Source of the DNA: the human T2T-CHM13v2.0 reference genome, Homo sapiens
NCBI RefSeq assembly: GCF_009914755.1
Contig: NC_060931.1
Length of the DNA: 64,000 bases
Strand: one strand, 5' to 3'
The notes under the pieces are model-generated. The model was not told the DNA's origin. It saw nothing but the letters and a program-made list of their open reading frames with translations, and made no database searches. Below are positions 1 to 11,847 of the stretch, in pieces; the first letter of the stretch is position 1, and every line of letters starts with the position of its first letter. Both the position numbers and the translations under genes were made by a program.

Positions 1-343
1 AAGGTACAAGTTACTTACCAAATTTGGGGGGGGCTGGCACGGGTATAAGGAGGGAACCTTACTATCTCTAATGACCTTACTGATGCTGACTTTAATACTC
101 TGTGAAGGTTAGAGTTCAGTGAATGTTACCTAGAAACAGCCCCGGCTGTGGAATACTTTATTCTTAGCCCTATATTTGGGGTTTGGATGTCCACTGTGCT
201 GGTTCCCAGAGATAGTAAGGGGATGAGAGTATTGGTTACATCTCCTGACCCACATACTTAAGATCCAGATGAACAAGACAGTTTTCACTCCTGCTTGGTA
301 GAACCTATTTGCTGAAGGAAACAGCTCCTAAAGAATGGTTCTA

Positions 344-652
<309 letters not shown>

Positions 653-1700
653 CTACAGATGAACCTAATGCTGGGCCTCAGCAGAAAAATCGAAGACAGT
701 ATAAGAAATGAAGAGTAAGAGGGAGGATGGAAAACACCTTCTTGTCACCTTTCAAACTGGCTCTATCTTTTCTTTTACTAGACTGCATAGATCTTTGGGG
801 TTGTAACCACTATTCAGACAAATGCTAAGTAAGATCTACACTCTTTTCTAAGGAACACACTGATTCTATGTGGAAGTACGTGCACCTATGAAAGAATCAG
901 GTTAGAGTAGATTAGTTCCTACACTTTTGTAGTACAGTAACTTTCTCTTCCTCTTAGCAGGTAATTAAATGTACACTGTTTCTGAACCAACATACAAATG
1001 ATCTATATCTACTAGATAAATGATGAATTATTAAGACATATGGAACCCAAAATTCATTAATGCTTTATGTTCTGAACATGTCTGCATTTTCTGCCATTTA
1101 TTCTAATGCTATATAGAATCTGATTTACAATTTTTAAAATCTGTAGCAAATAAATTCATCTCACCAACTTTGGCTCAGGAGCTCCAAATTCCAGAAAATT
1201 AATGTCCAAATCAGTAAGTTAAGTGACAAAGAAGCAGCTGAATAGTCATTTCTCTTTCTCCTAGATTCTCAGTTGGGTCCACACAAAGCATGGTGTCTAG
1301 ATCATATTGTTCTTAATATTCATCACACAACACGCTTGCCCTTTAGGAGTTTAACTCTTGGTCTTTACAAAGCATCAATACAAGAACACTCCACTTGAAT
1401 AGTTTCTGTGTCTTCCGTGAAATCATAGCTGAAAACATAACCCACTATGTCACACAATGGCAGAACCCCACAGAATGTCTTTTTCGTTAAGTACAATGCC
1501 AGGAAAGAATCTTTCTCTGTAAACAAATGTGCATGCTTGCTTCCCACAGACAATAAACGCTATGTAATTCAATGCTACACAAAGAAAGGAATGGTTTTCT
1601 TTTAGCCTTAGCAGTCAGAAAACAGAAAGTCAAATACAGTGCACAAGAGTTATAATTAGCTCCCCTCAGGAGCCTGGTACACTTTCTCCTCTCTATGTTC

Positions 1701-2021
<321 letters not shown>

Positions 2022-2360
2022 CAGTGCTCCTTTTAGATGGTTTATTATGTCCTCTAACTGTCCTGCTGTATACTACCTTTAATTCTAACAGATTTAAGTC
2101 CTTCTGAAAGTACCTAGAATATGTATGTACAAATACATGTATTTTGTCTTACAATTCTCTCTCATATCACTTAATATTTTCTGATATCAGTCTCTATACA
2201 ATGACCTAAGAATTTAAAATGATAATGACACAAGGAGGCTAATTTAATGAAGACCAAGCAATTTGCATCACTACCTCCTCCCCTTGTCCATTCCCCCAAC
2301 AAATTACTACACAGCCCAATGGGGAAGGCAAGCCCCACACCACCATGCTTGGCACATCAC

Positions 2361-2518
2361 CTTTGCAGTAGTCCGCAGGGTCCTCTTGCTCCTCATCATC
2401 TGATCCCAGGATCTCCTCCTCTGGCTCCGGGGGTGTGGGGTCTGGCAAAGGTGGCGGTGGTGGTGGTGGTGGCGGTGGAGGAGGAGGAACTAAAGGAGCT
2501 TTCTGTTGAGGCTCCGGC
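2361..2518 (-). CDS. SRPK2: SRPK2 internal coding exon (158 bp; poly-Pro N-terminal region up to the start of the kinase domain)
   Basis: Minus strand reads ttttctctctgctctttcag|GCCGGAGCCT...TACTGCAAAG|gtgatg. Translation (1 nt + 52 codons + 1 nt) is PEPQQKAPLV(P13)LPDPTPPEPEEEILGSDDEEQEDPADYCK, matching the human SRPK2 N-terminus as I recall it. AG/GT boundaries are canonical. Confidence 0.97.
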
Positions 2519-3320
2519 CTGAAAGAGCAGAGAGAAAATTGCTATTTACTTAGAAGTACATCTTGCATTATGGATGCATTTGAGCACTTCTTAATATGGG
2601 GGAAAAAATAAAATTTGTCACATACTAAGAAGAAATGTCATTTAATGTCACTTCACCCATTTTAGTTGAATTCAAGTAGTGTTTCAACATATAAGTCAGG
2701 CCAAAAAAAAAAAAATCTGCCCTTATTAGCTAAGGAATTTTTTTCTGTAGGTATCTTTTCACTTAGCGCTTCAAGAACTACCAATGTTAGGAAATTTCAG
2801 TGCACTCCACTCAACTCCTACCAATTCTGGGAAATTTAAGTGAAATGAAAGCGTATTCCATGGTATATAGCCTTATTGGTTAGAAAACATCACAACGATT
2901 ATAAAAAGACAGGCGCAAGCAGCACTCAACTTTTGAAAGCACTTATTTCCTGTTATCTGAAAATGAGAATTCTTTTCCCATAGAAATAGGTGGCAATGAG
3001 GTTAGGTTTCAATAACTCATAAAAGCTGATTAACATACACTGTAGCTAAAATATACAAGATTGCCAGAAAGATTCTTGTACTTCTATAAGGCCTGTTCGA
3101 AGTTTTGAATGTATTCTGGAAGCGGTGTGTGTGTGTGTGTTTGATTGATTGAGATTATTCCCTTTCAGGGCTCTATGAGGAGAATGGTTCATAATGGGAT
3201 TCACTTACTATTCCTAACCATGCCCCAGTGCGGGGAAATAGGACCCTACAGTCTCAATCTGGATGCCGGAAGCACATCTCTCCCTTAAGCTATCCCACTA
3301 ATAAAACTACCACTGAATGC

Positions 3321-3590
3321 GTGCGCTGAAGATGACGGCTGCTGTGGAAAGGTTGCTCTGAGGGTCAGTTGCCCGACACGTGAGTGCCATTCCTTGGGGC
3401 ATTTCTGCCACGGCAGCCCTCAGGCCTGCTGCGTCTAGAAGAACAAGCTTGACAAACATATTGTGGTCTGGTTCTGGTCCAGCAAAATTCTTTAGCACCA
3501 GTTCCTCACACCATGCACCTGCTGTCACCCAGCATGCCCCCTATTTTAAGGGTATAGCCGTTGTCAATGAAGAGTTCAAAGACCTAAGCC
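3321..3590 (+). pseudogene. PRDX3 processed pseudogene, 5' fragment only
   Basis: ATG at 3332 gives MTAAVERLL*GSVARHVSAIPWGISATAALRPAASRRTSLTNILWSGSGPAKFFSTSSSHHAPAVTQHAPYFKGIAVVNEEFKDLS, versus PRDX3 MAAAVGRLLRASVARHVSAIPWGISATAALRPAACGRTSLTNLLCSGSSQAKLFSTSSSCHAPAVTQHAPYFKGTAVVNGEFKDLS. No introns. Premature TGA at 3359-3361 (CGA>TGA). Confidence 0.93.
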
Positions 3591-4228
3591 CTAGTTGTTG
3601 AGAGCAGGTGGAATCTTGGTGTTATTGCTAGATTTCCTTTTGGAACACTGTTGCTCTCTGCCCAGTGGAAGGCCGATTCTGGATCCTTTCTCTCCTCACT
3701 GCAGCACAGCCTGCGGCATACAGTCAAAGCTCACTCTTCAGCCCTGGAATCTTGAGAAGGTCAGGGTCTTAGCAATGCAAGCTCATCTGTAGCTGCCACT
3801 AAGAGACAGGCCAAAGGAGCTGCCTCAACCACTGCCTCTTCTAAACTGGGCCTCTAAATCCTTGCCCAATCTGAGAGCCTCCAACACCACCACTAATGCA
3901 TGTGGCTTGCCAACAAAAAAACCCATACGGCCACAACTGAAGGAAGGAGTAGGAATAGAAGGCAGCAGAAACACCTGACATCATGAGGAAGGGGTGGGGA
4001 TCACACACAATAGGTCAACTTAAAGGCAAATAATCAAAGGTATGAATATCTTTAGCAGGACAACTAAAGAATATTTATAAGCTGAAAATGTACTGATTGC
4101 TGCTTTCTGGAATTTATGAAGACTCAACAGTTACAGCTCCCTGGGTAACAGACATCAGGATTGTAGTGATGATAACACTCCAAGTTAACCATTCTCTTCA
4201 CAGAGCCCTGAAAGAGAATAATATTCAT

Positions 4229-4290
<62 letters not shown>
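4229..4290. repeat. Compound (TC)n(CA)~21 microsatellite; reads (UG)n in the SRPK2 pre-mRNA
   Basis: Directly visible. Confidence 0.98.
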
Positions 4291-4291
<1 letters not shown>

Positions 4292-4744
4292 ACTTCCAGA
4301 ATACATTCAAAACTTCCAACAGGCCTTACAGAAGTACAAGAATCTTTCTGGAAGCCATGTAAATGCTCGCTTCTTTTTAACACATGTGCCCTTACTGAAA
4401 GTGGAATGGTCCCAGGCAAAAGAGAGTTCTGAAGGAGGAGAGGCAAGTAAGGAACTTCAGTAGTTTGCCACTTCCCCAGCGGGAGGAAAAGGTTTGAGAT
4501 GACGTCCAAAAGAAGCACAACCCACTCTTCAGGGGTGTGGGCAGAATCAATTTGTCTGACACATTTCCTCAATGAGAAATACTTTGAAAGCTAGCTGTTT
4601 CTTCCTAACTCAGAAACTTTATATAAAAAATGAGTACATTCTCTGAAAACACACACACACACACACATTGAGTTTGCTGTAGAAACTACTTGAAGAAAAG
4701 ACAAGAAATGATGGCTCTTGTGCTGCCAGTGCACGGCACTACTG

Positions 4745-4972
4745 TACTTAGCACAATGGATTCTTGGACTGGATAATTCATTGCTGTGGGGCTGTCGTGT
4801 GCACTGTGGGATGCTTTTCACCATCGCTGCCCTCCAGCCACTATATGTCAGTAGCACACAGCCCCCCACCCCCACCCCACCACCCAGCTGTGGCCATCAA
4901 AAATGCGTGTAGACACTGACAAATGTGTGTGTGCTGGGGGAGGAGGGGAGTCATGCCCATTGAGAACCAGTG
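4745..4972 (-). mobile_element. MER20-like hAT DNA transposon
   Basis: Reverse complement matches MER20 motifs (ggttctcaa..., aattatcc, gctactg.cat.tagtgg). Confidence 0.75.
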
Positions 4973-5349
4973 CACTAGTAGCATTTTCTATATATGGCTT
5001 TACCTCAATGGAGTAGACTGCAGTATGGAGAAGAGATTCTAATTTTCACCACCATTTTCTCTCACTTGAGAGATTCCCGCACCTTCATTATAATGTCTCT
5101 CTCACTTACTCTTTACCTACCTGCTGAGCTGCCTACATGGATGACCCTCAAAATTCTCAGACCCTGCAGTCTAAGTGTGTAGGCACTTCTCATTCCTCCA
5201 GTGAGGGCCACACTGAACAGGCAGACAGAAAGCTTCTTAAAAGCCAGCTCTACCAAATGAAAAGTGGTAAGTCAGGATACCCCAAAGTATAGAGGAGGTT
5301 TAGTAATGCTGATTAATAGTTCAACTGGCTGTCATATCAAAACATCTAG

Positions 5350-5525
5350 AACTGTGCTGCCCAATACAGTAGCCACCAGCCACGTGGGGTTATCGGGCAC
5401 ATGAAGTAGCTAGTTCAAACTGAGATGTGCCAGAAGTATAAAATACATGTTAGATTGCCAAGACTCAGTACCCAAAAAAGTAAAAATATTATATTAATAA
5501 TTTTCTACTTGCTCAATATTAAAAT
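5350..5525. mobile_element. MER33/MER3-like DNA transposon fragment
   Basis: ctgtgctgcccaatacagtagccaccagccac...tgagatgtgc...aagactcagtac. Confidence 0.7.
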
Positions 5526-5857
5526 GTTTTATACACGAGTATTTCTAGTGGATGGTAGAACTCTGGACCTTTCAGATCCAACCTGTACTGAGGGGCATTT
5601 CAGCCTCACGTTGAGAGATTCCTGGCCATAAGTGATGATTATCTTTCCTAGGACTTCTAATGACCTACTTCATACTAATTATCACCAATACTCAAATCAC
5701 TCAGTTCATCACAGAAAGTCTCAGTTCAATGTAACCGCCAATTCTTTTTCATCCCTCCATCCTTGTTACTGTCTACCACATAGGAAAATCAAGGTAAATT
5801 TCTCCTAGGGCAGAAATAGAGAAGAGAAAGCCAAGCCATACTGTCTTAGGGCTGGAT

Positions 5858-6021
5858 TATTTTATTTTCATTTTGAGACAGGGTCTCGCTCTGTTGCCCA
5901 GGGTGGAGTGCAGTGGTGCATCCACAGCTCACTGCAATCTTGAACTCCTGGGCTCAAAGAATCCTCCTGCCTCAGCCTGGTGGGTAGCTAGGACTACAGG
6001 TGTGTGCCACTGGGCCTGGCC
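5858..6021 (-). mobile_element. Alu monomer (FRAM/AluJ right arm)
   Basis: Single Alu arm in reverse orientation. Confidence 0.85.
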
Positions 6022-6254
6022 AAGGCTGGCTTCTTTAAAGTGGTTTCTGATGGCTTCTAGAGTACTGCAAAGCCTGGTTAAATTACAACACTGTAGAAGA
6101 CCAAGACATGACAGGTTATCTCACCAAATACATACTCATTAAGTCTATCAACAGATTAAAAAAAACAACTTTCATCAATCCTAATGAAAGCCGTAAGGAA
6201 GCTATTTCATATAAAAATTATCAGAAGTATATAAGCAGCAATGGCAGTGGAAAT

Positions 6255-7557
6255 GACCCATAAATATTTTCAACAACAATACCAAAATAATTAAATGGTA
6301 AAAGAATAGTCTTTTCAACAGTGGTACTACAACAAATACATACTCATATGCAAAATAAATAAAGTTGGACCTCTCTCTCACACACAGGCTTTACATGAAA
6401 GAGCTAAAACTATAAAACTCTCAGGAAAAAAACATAGGAGTAAATCTTCACGACCTTAGGTTAGGCAATGTTTCTTAAATGTGACATTAAAAGCATAAGC
6501 AATACAAGAAAAACTAAATTGGACTTCAAAATTTTTAACTTTTGTACTTCAAAGGGCACCATCAAGAAAATTTAAAGGCCACAGAATGGGGGGAAGTACT
6601 TGTAAATCATAAGTGATAAGTGATAAGTGACTTGTATCTAGAATATATAAAGAACTCTTCCAACTCAACAATAAAAAGACACACTAATTTAACAATGGAT
6701 AAAAAGGATTGGAAAGACATTTCTACAAAGAGGATATACACATGACCAATAAATATATGAAAAGATGCTCAACATCATTAGTAATCAGAGAAATGGAAAT
6801 CAAAACTACAGTCTGACACCACTTCATACCCACTAGAATGGCTATTAAAAGAAGTCAGATAATAAGTTTAAGGAAGGATGAAGAAATAAGGATCTTCAAA
6901 CATTGTTGGTGGGAAGGGTAATATAGCATAGCCATCTTGGAAAACGGTCTGGCAGTTCCTCAAAAGTTTAAACATAAAATTACCAAATAACCCAACAATT
7001 CCACTCCCAAGTATATACCCAAGAGAAATGAAAGCATATATCCAGCAAAATCTCATCCACAGTGTTCAGAGAAGTACTACTATTTTTAACGAAAAGCAGA
7101 AACAACCCAAACGTCCCCTAACTGATAAATAAAATGGGGTATATCATTACAAGGGAATGTTATTCACTAACAAAGAGAAATGAAGTACTGATATATGCTA
7201 CAACATGGATGGATCCTCCAAAACCTTATGCTGGGTGACAGATGCCAGTCAGAAAAGACCGCAGGTTGTATGATCTTCCATTTTCCATCAAATGTCTAGA
7301 ACAGATAAATTTATAGAGATGGGGTAAATCAGTGGATGCTCATATCGGGGGTTGGGGAAATGGAGAAAAAAGGAGGAAAATGGGGACTGACTGCTAGTAG
7401 ATATGGGATATCTGTTAGGAGGGATGAAAATGTCCTAATGTGGTGATGGTTGTACAATTCTGTGAACATAATAAAAAACACTAAAATATATATGTTACAT
7501 GAGCAAACTGTATGCTATGTGAATTATACTTCAAAAAGCTATTGTTAAAAAATAAAA
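6255..7557 (+). mobile_element. Old L1M (L1MB/MC/ME-like) 3' portion
   Basis: Degenerate ORF2 3' and 3'UTR motifs (aaaagatgctcaacatcattag, caattccactcc, atatgctacaacatggatg). Confidence 0.85.
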
Positions 7558-7559
7558 GA

Positions 7560-7690
7560 AGCCAGGTGTGGTGGTGCACACCTGTAGTCCCAGCCATTTG
7601 GGACACTGAGGCAGGAGGATCGCTTGAGCCCAGGAGTTTGAGGCCAGCCTGGGCAACACAGCAAGACCTCATCTCTACAAAAACAACAAT
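7560..7690 (+). mobile_element. FLAM-type Alu monomer
   Basis: Single left-arm monomer with A tail. Confidence 0.85.
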
Positions 7691-7987
7691 AAATTTTTAA
7701 AAAAATAAAAGAAAACCCCAATACAGCTATAGATATTTTAAATATCCAACACTACACCGTTATAAAATGTATGACTTCAAGAAACAAATATCTATGTAGA
7801 GATTTAAGCAATCAATATGCATAGTCTCTTTTACAATAAGCTCAGCTACATTCAGAGTGAAAATTAATCTGTAATTCTTTAAAAAGGAGACTGAAATTTT
7901 ATCTAAGGGTCCAAAGTTTAAACAAGGTGCTAATTTAAGAACATGTTTTCATGTACTATAAGAAATATAAAGAAATATACCACTTCA

Positions 7988-8485
7988 GGCCGGGTGCAGT
8001 GGCCCCCACAGGTGATCCCAGCACTTTGGGGAGGCCACAGTGGGTATATCAGTTGAGCCCAGGAGTCTGAGACCAGCCTGGGCAACCTGGCAATACCCAC
8101 AAAAACTACAAAAATTAGCTGGGCGTGGTGGCACACATCTACAGTCCCAGCTACTAAGGAGGCTGATGTGAGAGGACTGCTTGAGCATGCGAGTCTGCAA
8201 TGAGCTAAGATCATAGCACTGCACTCCAGCCTGCATGACAGAGTGAGACCCTGTCTCAGGAAAAAAAGAAAGAAGAAAATAGAAAAGGAAAAAGGAAAGG
8301 GGAAAGGGAAGGGAAGGGGAAAGGAAAAAGGAAAGGGGAAAGAAAAGGGGAAGGGGAAAGGACAATGGAGAAAGGGGAAAGCAAAGGAAAAGGAAAGGAG
8401 AAAGAAAAAAGAAAAAGGAAAGAGAAAGGAAAACAAAAGAGCAAAGCAAAGCAAAAGAGAAAAAGAGGGGAGGAGAGAAAAAAGA
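7988..8485 (+). mobile_element. AluJ with a ~230-bp expanded purine-rich tail
   Basis: Alu body 7988-8257, then a GGAAA/GAAAG low-complexity tail. TSD-like cacttcag on both sides. Confidence 0.9.
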
Positions 8486-8789
8486 AAAACACAGCACTTC
8501 AGTGATGGGAATGAAATTAATTTAGAAAGCAAAATTCCACTAGCTACTTATATTTTTCACAAAGAACTATATTTATTTTTACACTACAAAGAAAATTCTA
8601 ATCATTACTCTAAATTTAAAATGTGGTTTAAAAAAACTTAAAAATATTTTTCTTTCAATATCATACTATAATACTAAAATTATCATCATGCTATGTACTT
8701 CATACTATATTCTGCATGTACACTTGCTCTGTCAGAAAAGGGAGGAAAAACTCAACAACCGAGGAAACTACAAGTCTCATCTGCTCTAA

Positions 8790-8809
8790 ATTGCCATGGC
8801 AACCAGATG
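8790..8809. promoter_or_regulatory. RFX X-box-like palindrome followed by a CAGATG E-box
   Basis: aTTGCCATGGCAAC is 13/14 of GTTGCCATGGCAAC, with CAGATG directly after. Motif match only. Confidence 0.45.
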
Positions 8810-9184
8810 AGAGTTCCGATTTCCTCTCAGCTGCTACTGCGTATTTCTTTTCAGCAGAGAAAAGAAAAAATAAACTCTACATTTAGTAGGAAAAATGTCC
8901 TCTCCTTTGCTATCAGCTTAGATGGCAACTGACACAATTTAAGAAATACAGTTCAGTTAATTTTTAATCAAACATAAAGAAAAGGAGCTCCAGATGAATT
9001 TCTTCAGTTAGTATTTGAGGGACATTCACATAAAGTCAAATTTCATTTTCTTTCCTCCCTATGTCCACCCTATATCTATAACTTTTCTCTCTCCCTTCCT
9101 CCCTCCCTCCTTCTTCCTCTCTTGGTAATTACTGTCAGCTTGAGAAATACCCAATTTCTAATTAATAGTAGAATCGGTCAATAT

Positions 9185-9247
9185 AGGTTGAGTATCCCTC
9201 ATTCAAAATACTTGGGACCAGATAATGTTTCGAACTTCAGATAATTT
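9185..9247. mobile_element. Tigger4/MER46-like terminal fragment
   Basis: aggttgagtatccctcattcaaaatacttgggaccaga. Confidence 0.6.
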
Positions 9248-9305
9248 CATGTATTCCTCTTTAATGAAAGGTTAAGTTCAAAAACTTTGTGTAAATCAAA
9301 CCTAA

Positions 9306-9892
9306 ATGTGCAATGACCCTCAATGACCCTCATCCATGTTAAATCTCCTGCTTCTCTTGAGTATGGGTAGATCTGTGAGTGTGAGATATTACACCTGTTA
9401 TCCAATTATCTACACTACATGCCAAAGGGAGATCACACTGGGTGGCCTGACCTAATCACACCAGTCCCTAAAAGCAGAGGGTTTTCTTTGGCTGGTCAAA
9501 GAAGTGGAAGCGGAGCGGCGGGCTCCAGCTGCCTGGAAAAAAAGCAGACATCATTTGTGAACTAGGGCCACAGAGAGCAAAGAACTGCCAGTGGCCTCTA
9601 GGAGTGACGGTGCTCCCTGCCAACAGCTAGAAGAATAGTAAGATAACAAAGACCTCAGTTCTACGAACTCAAGGAAATGAGTTCTGCCAACAACCAGTGA
9701 GCTGGAAAAGAACTCTGAAGCTCAGATGAGAGCTGCAGATCTGGCCAACACCTTGGTTTCAGTCTAGTAAGAATCCAGCCACACTGTGCTGCCCTGATTT
9801 CTGTCCTACAAAACTGTGAGTTAATAAACAGGTGTTGTTTTAAGCTGCTAAGGGTGCAGTAATTTGTTACACAGCAAGTGAAAGTGAATACA
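9306..9892 (+). mobile_element. MLT1 (E/F-like) MaLR solo LTR
   Basis: Typical MLT1 3' end (aactgtgag.taataaa...gttgttttaagctgctaag...gtaatttgttacacagca). Confidence 0.8.
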
Positions 9893-10063
9893 CTGCCAAG
9901 TTCCTCAAACTGTACTAGAGTAGATCATGGAGAATTATCAGACTTTGGCCTCAAAAAGATCTGATTTTTTTTTTTTTAAATAATTGAAATGGCCAGGGGA
10001 CTTAAGCTGGGTAATCCAGAATGGGAAACAGTTCTCTTTTGGGAATAGGAGTATCTTATTCCC

Positions 10064-10473
10064 TGAATGAGTCCATTCGTGCATTGCTATAAGGAAATAC
10101 CTGAGACTGGGTAATTTATAAAGAAAAGAGATTTAATTGGCTCACAGTCCTGCAGGCTATACAGGAAGAATGATGCTGGCATCTGCTAAGCTTCCGGGAA
10201 GGCCTCAGGAAACTTACAATCATGGTGGAAGGCAAAGGGGGTGCAGGCGCAACACAGTGTGGGAGCAGTAACAGGAGTGAGAGTGAGGGGGGAGGTGCTA
10301 CACACTTTTAGAACAACCAGATCTCAGGAGAACTCACTGACTACCATGAGAACAGCATCAAAGTGGAAATCTACCCCCATGATCCAATCACCTCCCACCA
10401 GGTACCACCTCCAACATTCGGGATTACAATTCAACATTAGATTTGGGCAGGGACATAGATCCAAACTATATCA
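10064..10473 (-). mobile_element. MSTA-like MaLR solo LTR
   Basis: attgctataaggaaatacctgagactgggtaatttataaagaaaagag...ccaaactatatca, with a 4/5 match 5-bp TSD (ttccc/ctccc). Confidence 0.88.
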
Positions 10474-11516
10474 CTCCCCAAGTCCTAATAGCAAACAATT
10501 GTAATTCCAAGCCAAATACTACTTACTTATTTCCTAAGACCATACTGTTTTCTAGAACGTAGTACACAGCCAACTCAAAGTTAGTAAGGATGTAAGTAAA
10601 TCAGACCTGCTTCCCAACTAATCTACATTTTAGAAAAGAAAGGAGTTGGTGTTCTAAAGGTATTGCTGCCTGATCACCTCACTGAGTTCTGAGTTCAGGT
10701 TTTTATCATCTATTTCCTGGACTAACTTTTCCTCATTAATTTCCTTGTTTCTTGCTTTTATCCTTCCCATTTTACACATTAATTCCATATATTCTTTGCA
10801 AAAAGCAAACCTCTGGTTCTAAAATTGCATTTCAGCACTACATATGTCTTATGCCACTAGTACTATTAATATTTTATAAAACACTTGTGGGATCTGACAG
10901 AAAATATTACTACTGAAATGGAGAAAAACTGACAGAAAAGTTAAACCAGTGAGTCCAAATGCATGTAAAATGACATCCACTGATTCTACAACTACCCAGA
11001 AGCACACAGATGCCCAGCACTGAGGGGTGTACAGTCTAGTGAGGAGGGGAAAGTGCATGTAAACACACAAATGTAAGCAACTGCTCCTGGTATCGTTATG
11101 GAAACAGAGATGGTAGTGGGCCAAGTCAGAGACATCTAGAGGTGATCTTACAGACTGGCCAGAATGAGGCTGACTGCAGGAGGTCCATGTCTCAGGGAAC
11201 CACATCATCAAAAGCACAGAGGCCCAAACTAATCTGGTATGACTGGAGAGAGGAAAGAGGTTAGGCATAGGAATAATCCACAATTCAAAAGAATAAACCA
11301 CAATGCTAAGAAGCTTGGGCTCTATCCCTGAGGCAAGTAGTAGCCACTGAAATGCAACCATAGAAACAAGGATTAGCTTTCTGCAAAAAACATATGAAAT
11401 TAGAGTGTAGAACAGGTAGAAAGGATAAAAGCAAGAAGAAAGAAAATTCATGGGAAAACGCTGCAATTGTTAGTCCAGGACAGAGATGATTAAAAACTGG
11501 AACTCAGAACTCAGTA

Positions 11517-11847
11517 CAGTTGTTGCTCTGTATCCATGCATTCCGCATCCATGGATTCAAACAACTATGGATCCTAAACATGGGGTGATGGCTACATGTG
11601 TACTGAACATGTACAGACTCTTTTTTTGGTCATTATTCCATAAACAATTAGGTATTACAACTATTTACATAGTATATACACCATACTAGGTGATGGAATC
11701 TAGACATAACTGAAAGTATATAGGAGCATGTGCACAGGTGACATGCAAATACTAAACCATTTTATATCAAGGACTTGAGCATCCATGGATTTTGGTATCC
11801 GAATGGGATCCTGGAACCAATCTCCCACAAATACCTAAGGACAACTC
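11517..11847. mobile_element. MER2 (Tigger-family MITE)
   Basis: gtatccatg.attccgcatccatggattcaa...ggacttgagcatccatggattttggtatcc, flanked by TA. Confidence 0.8.

Noticed and set aside
13-19. Isolated perfect minus-strand donors (GTAAGT here, also near 16042 and 38563)
   Set aside because: Expected by chance in 64 kb, and I identified no convincing partner acceptor or reading frame.
2239-2522. ORF-track entries 2239-2448(-) and 2247-2522(+)
   Set aside because: The first is the SRPK2 exon read through its donor into the intron. The second is its antisense shadow.
7930-8641. Long ORFs of 132-200 aa on both strands
   Set aside because: They are translations of the AluJ and its low-complexity purine tail (F/P/S- or K/G/E-rich).
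10849-11466. 205-aa minus-strand ORF
   Set aside because: No recognisable protein similarity or exon structure. It lies in what looks like degenerate old repeat (L2-like) sequence.
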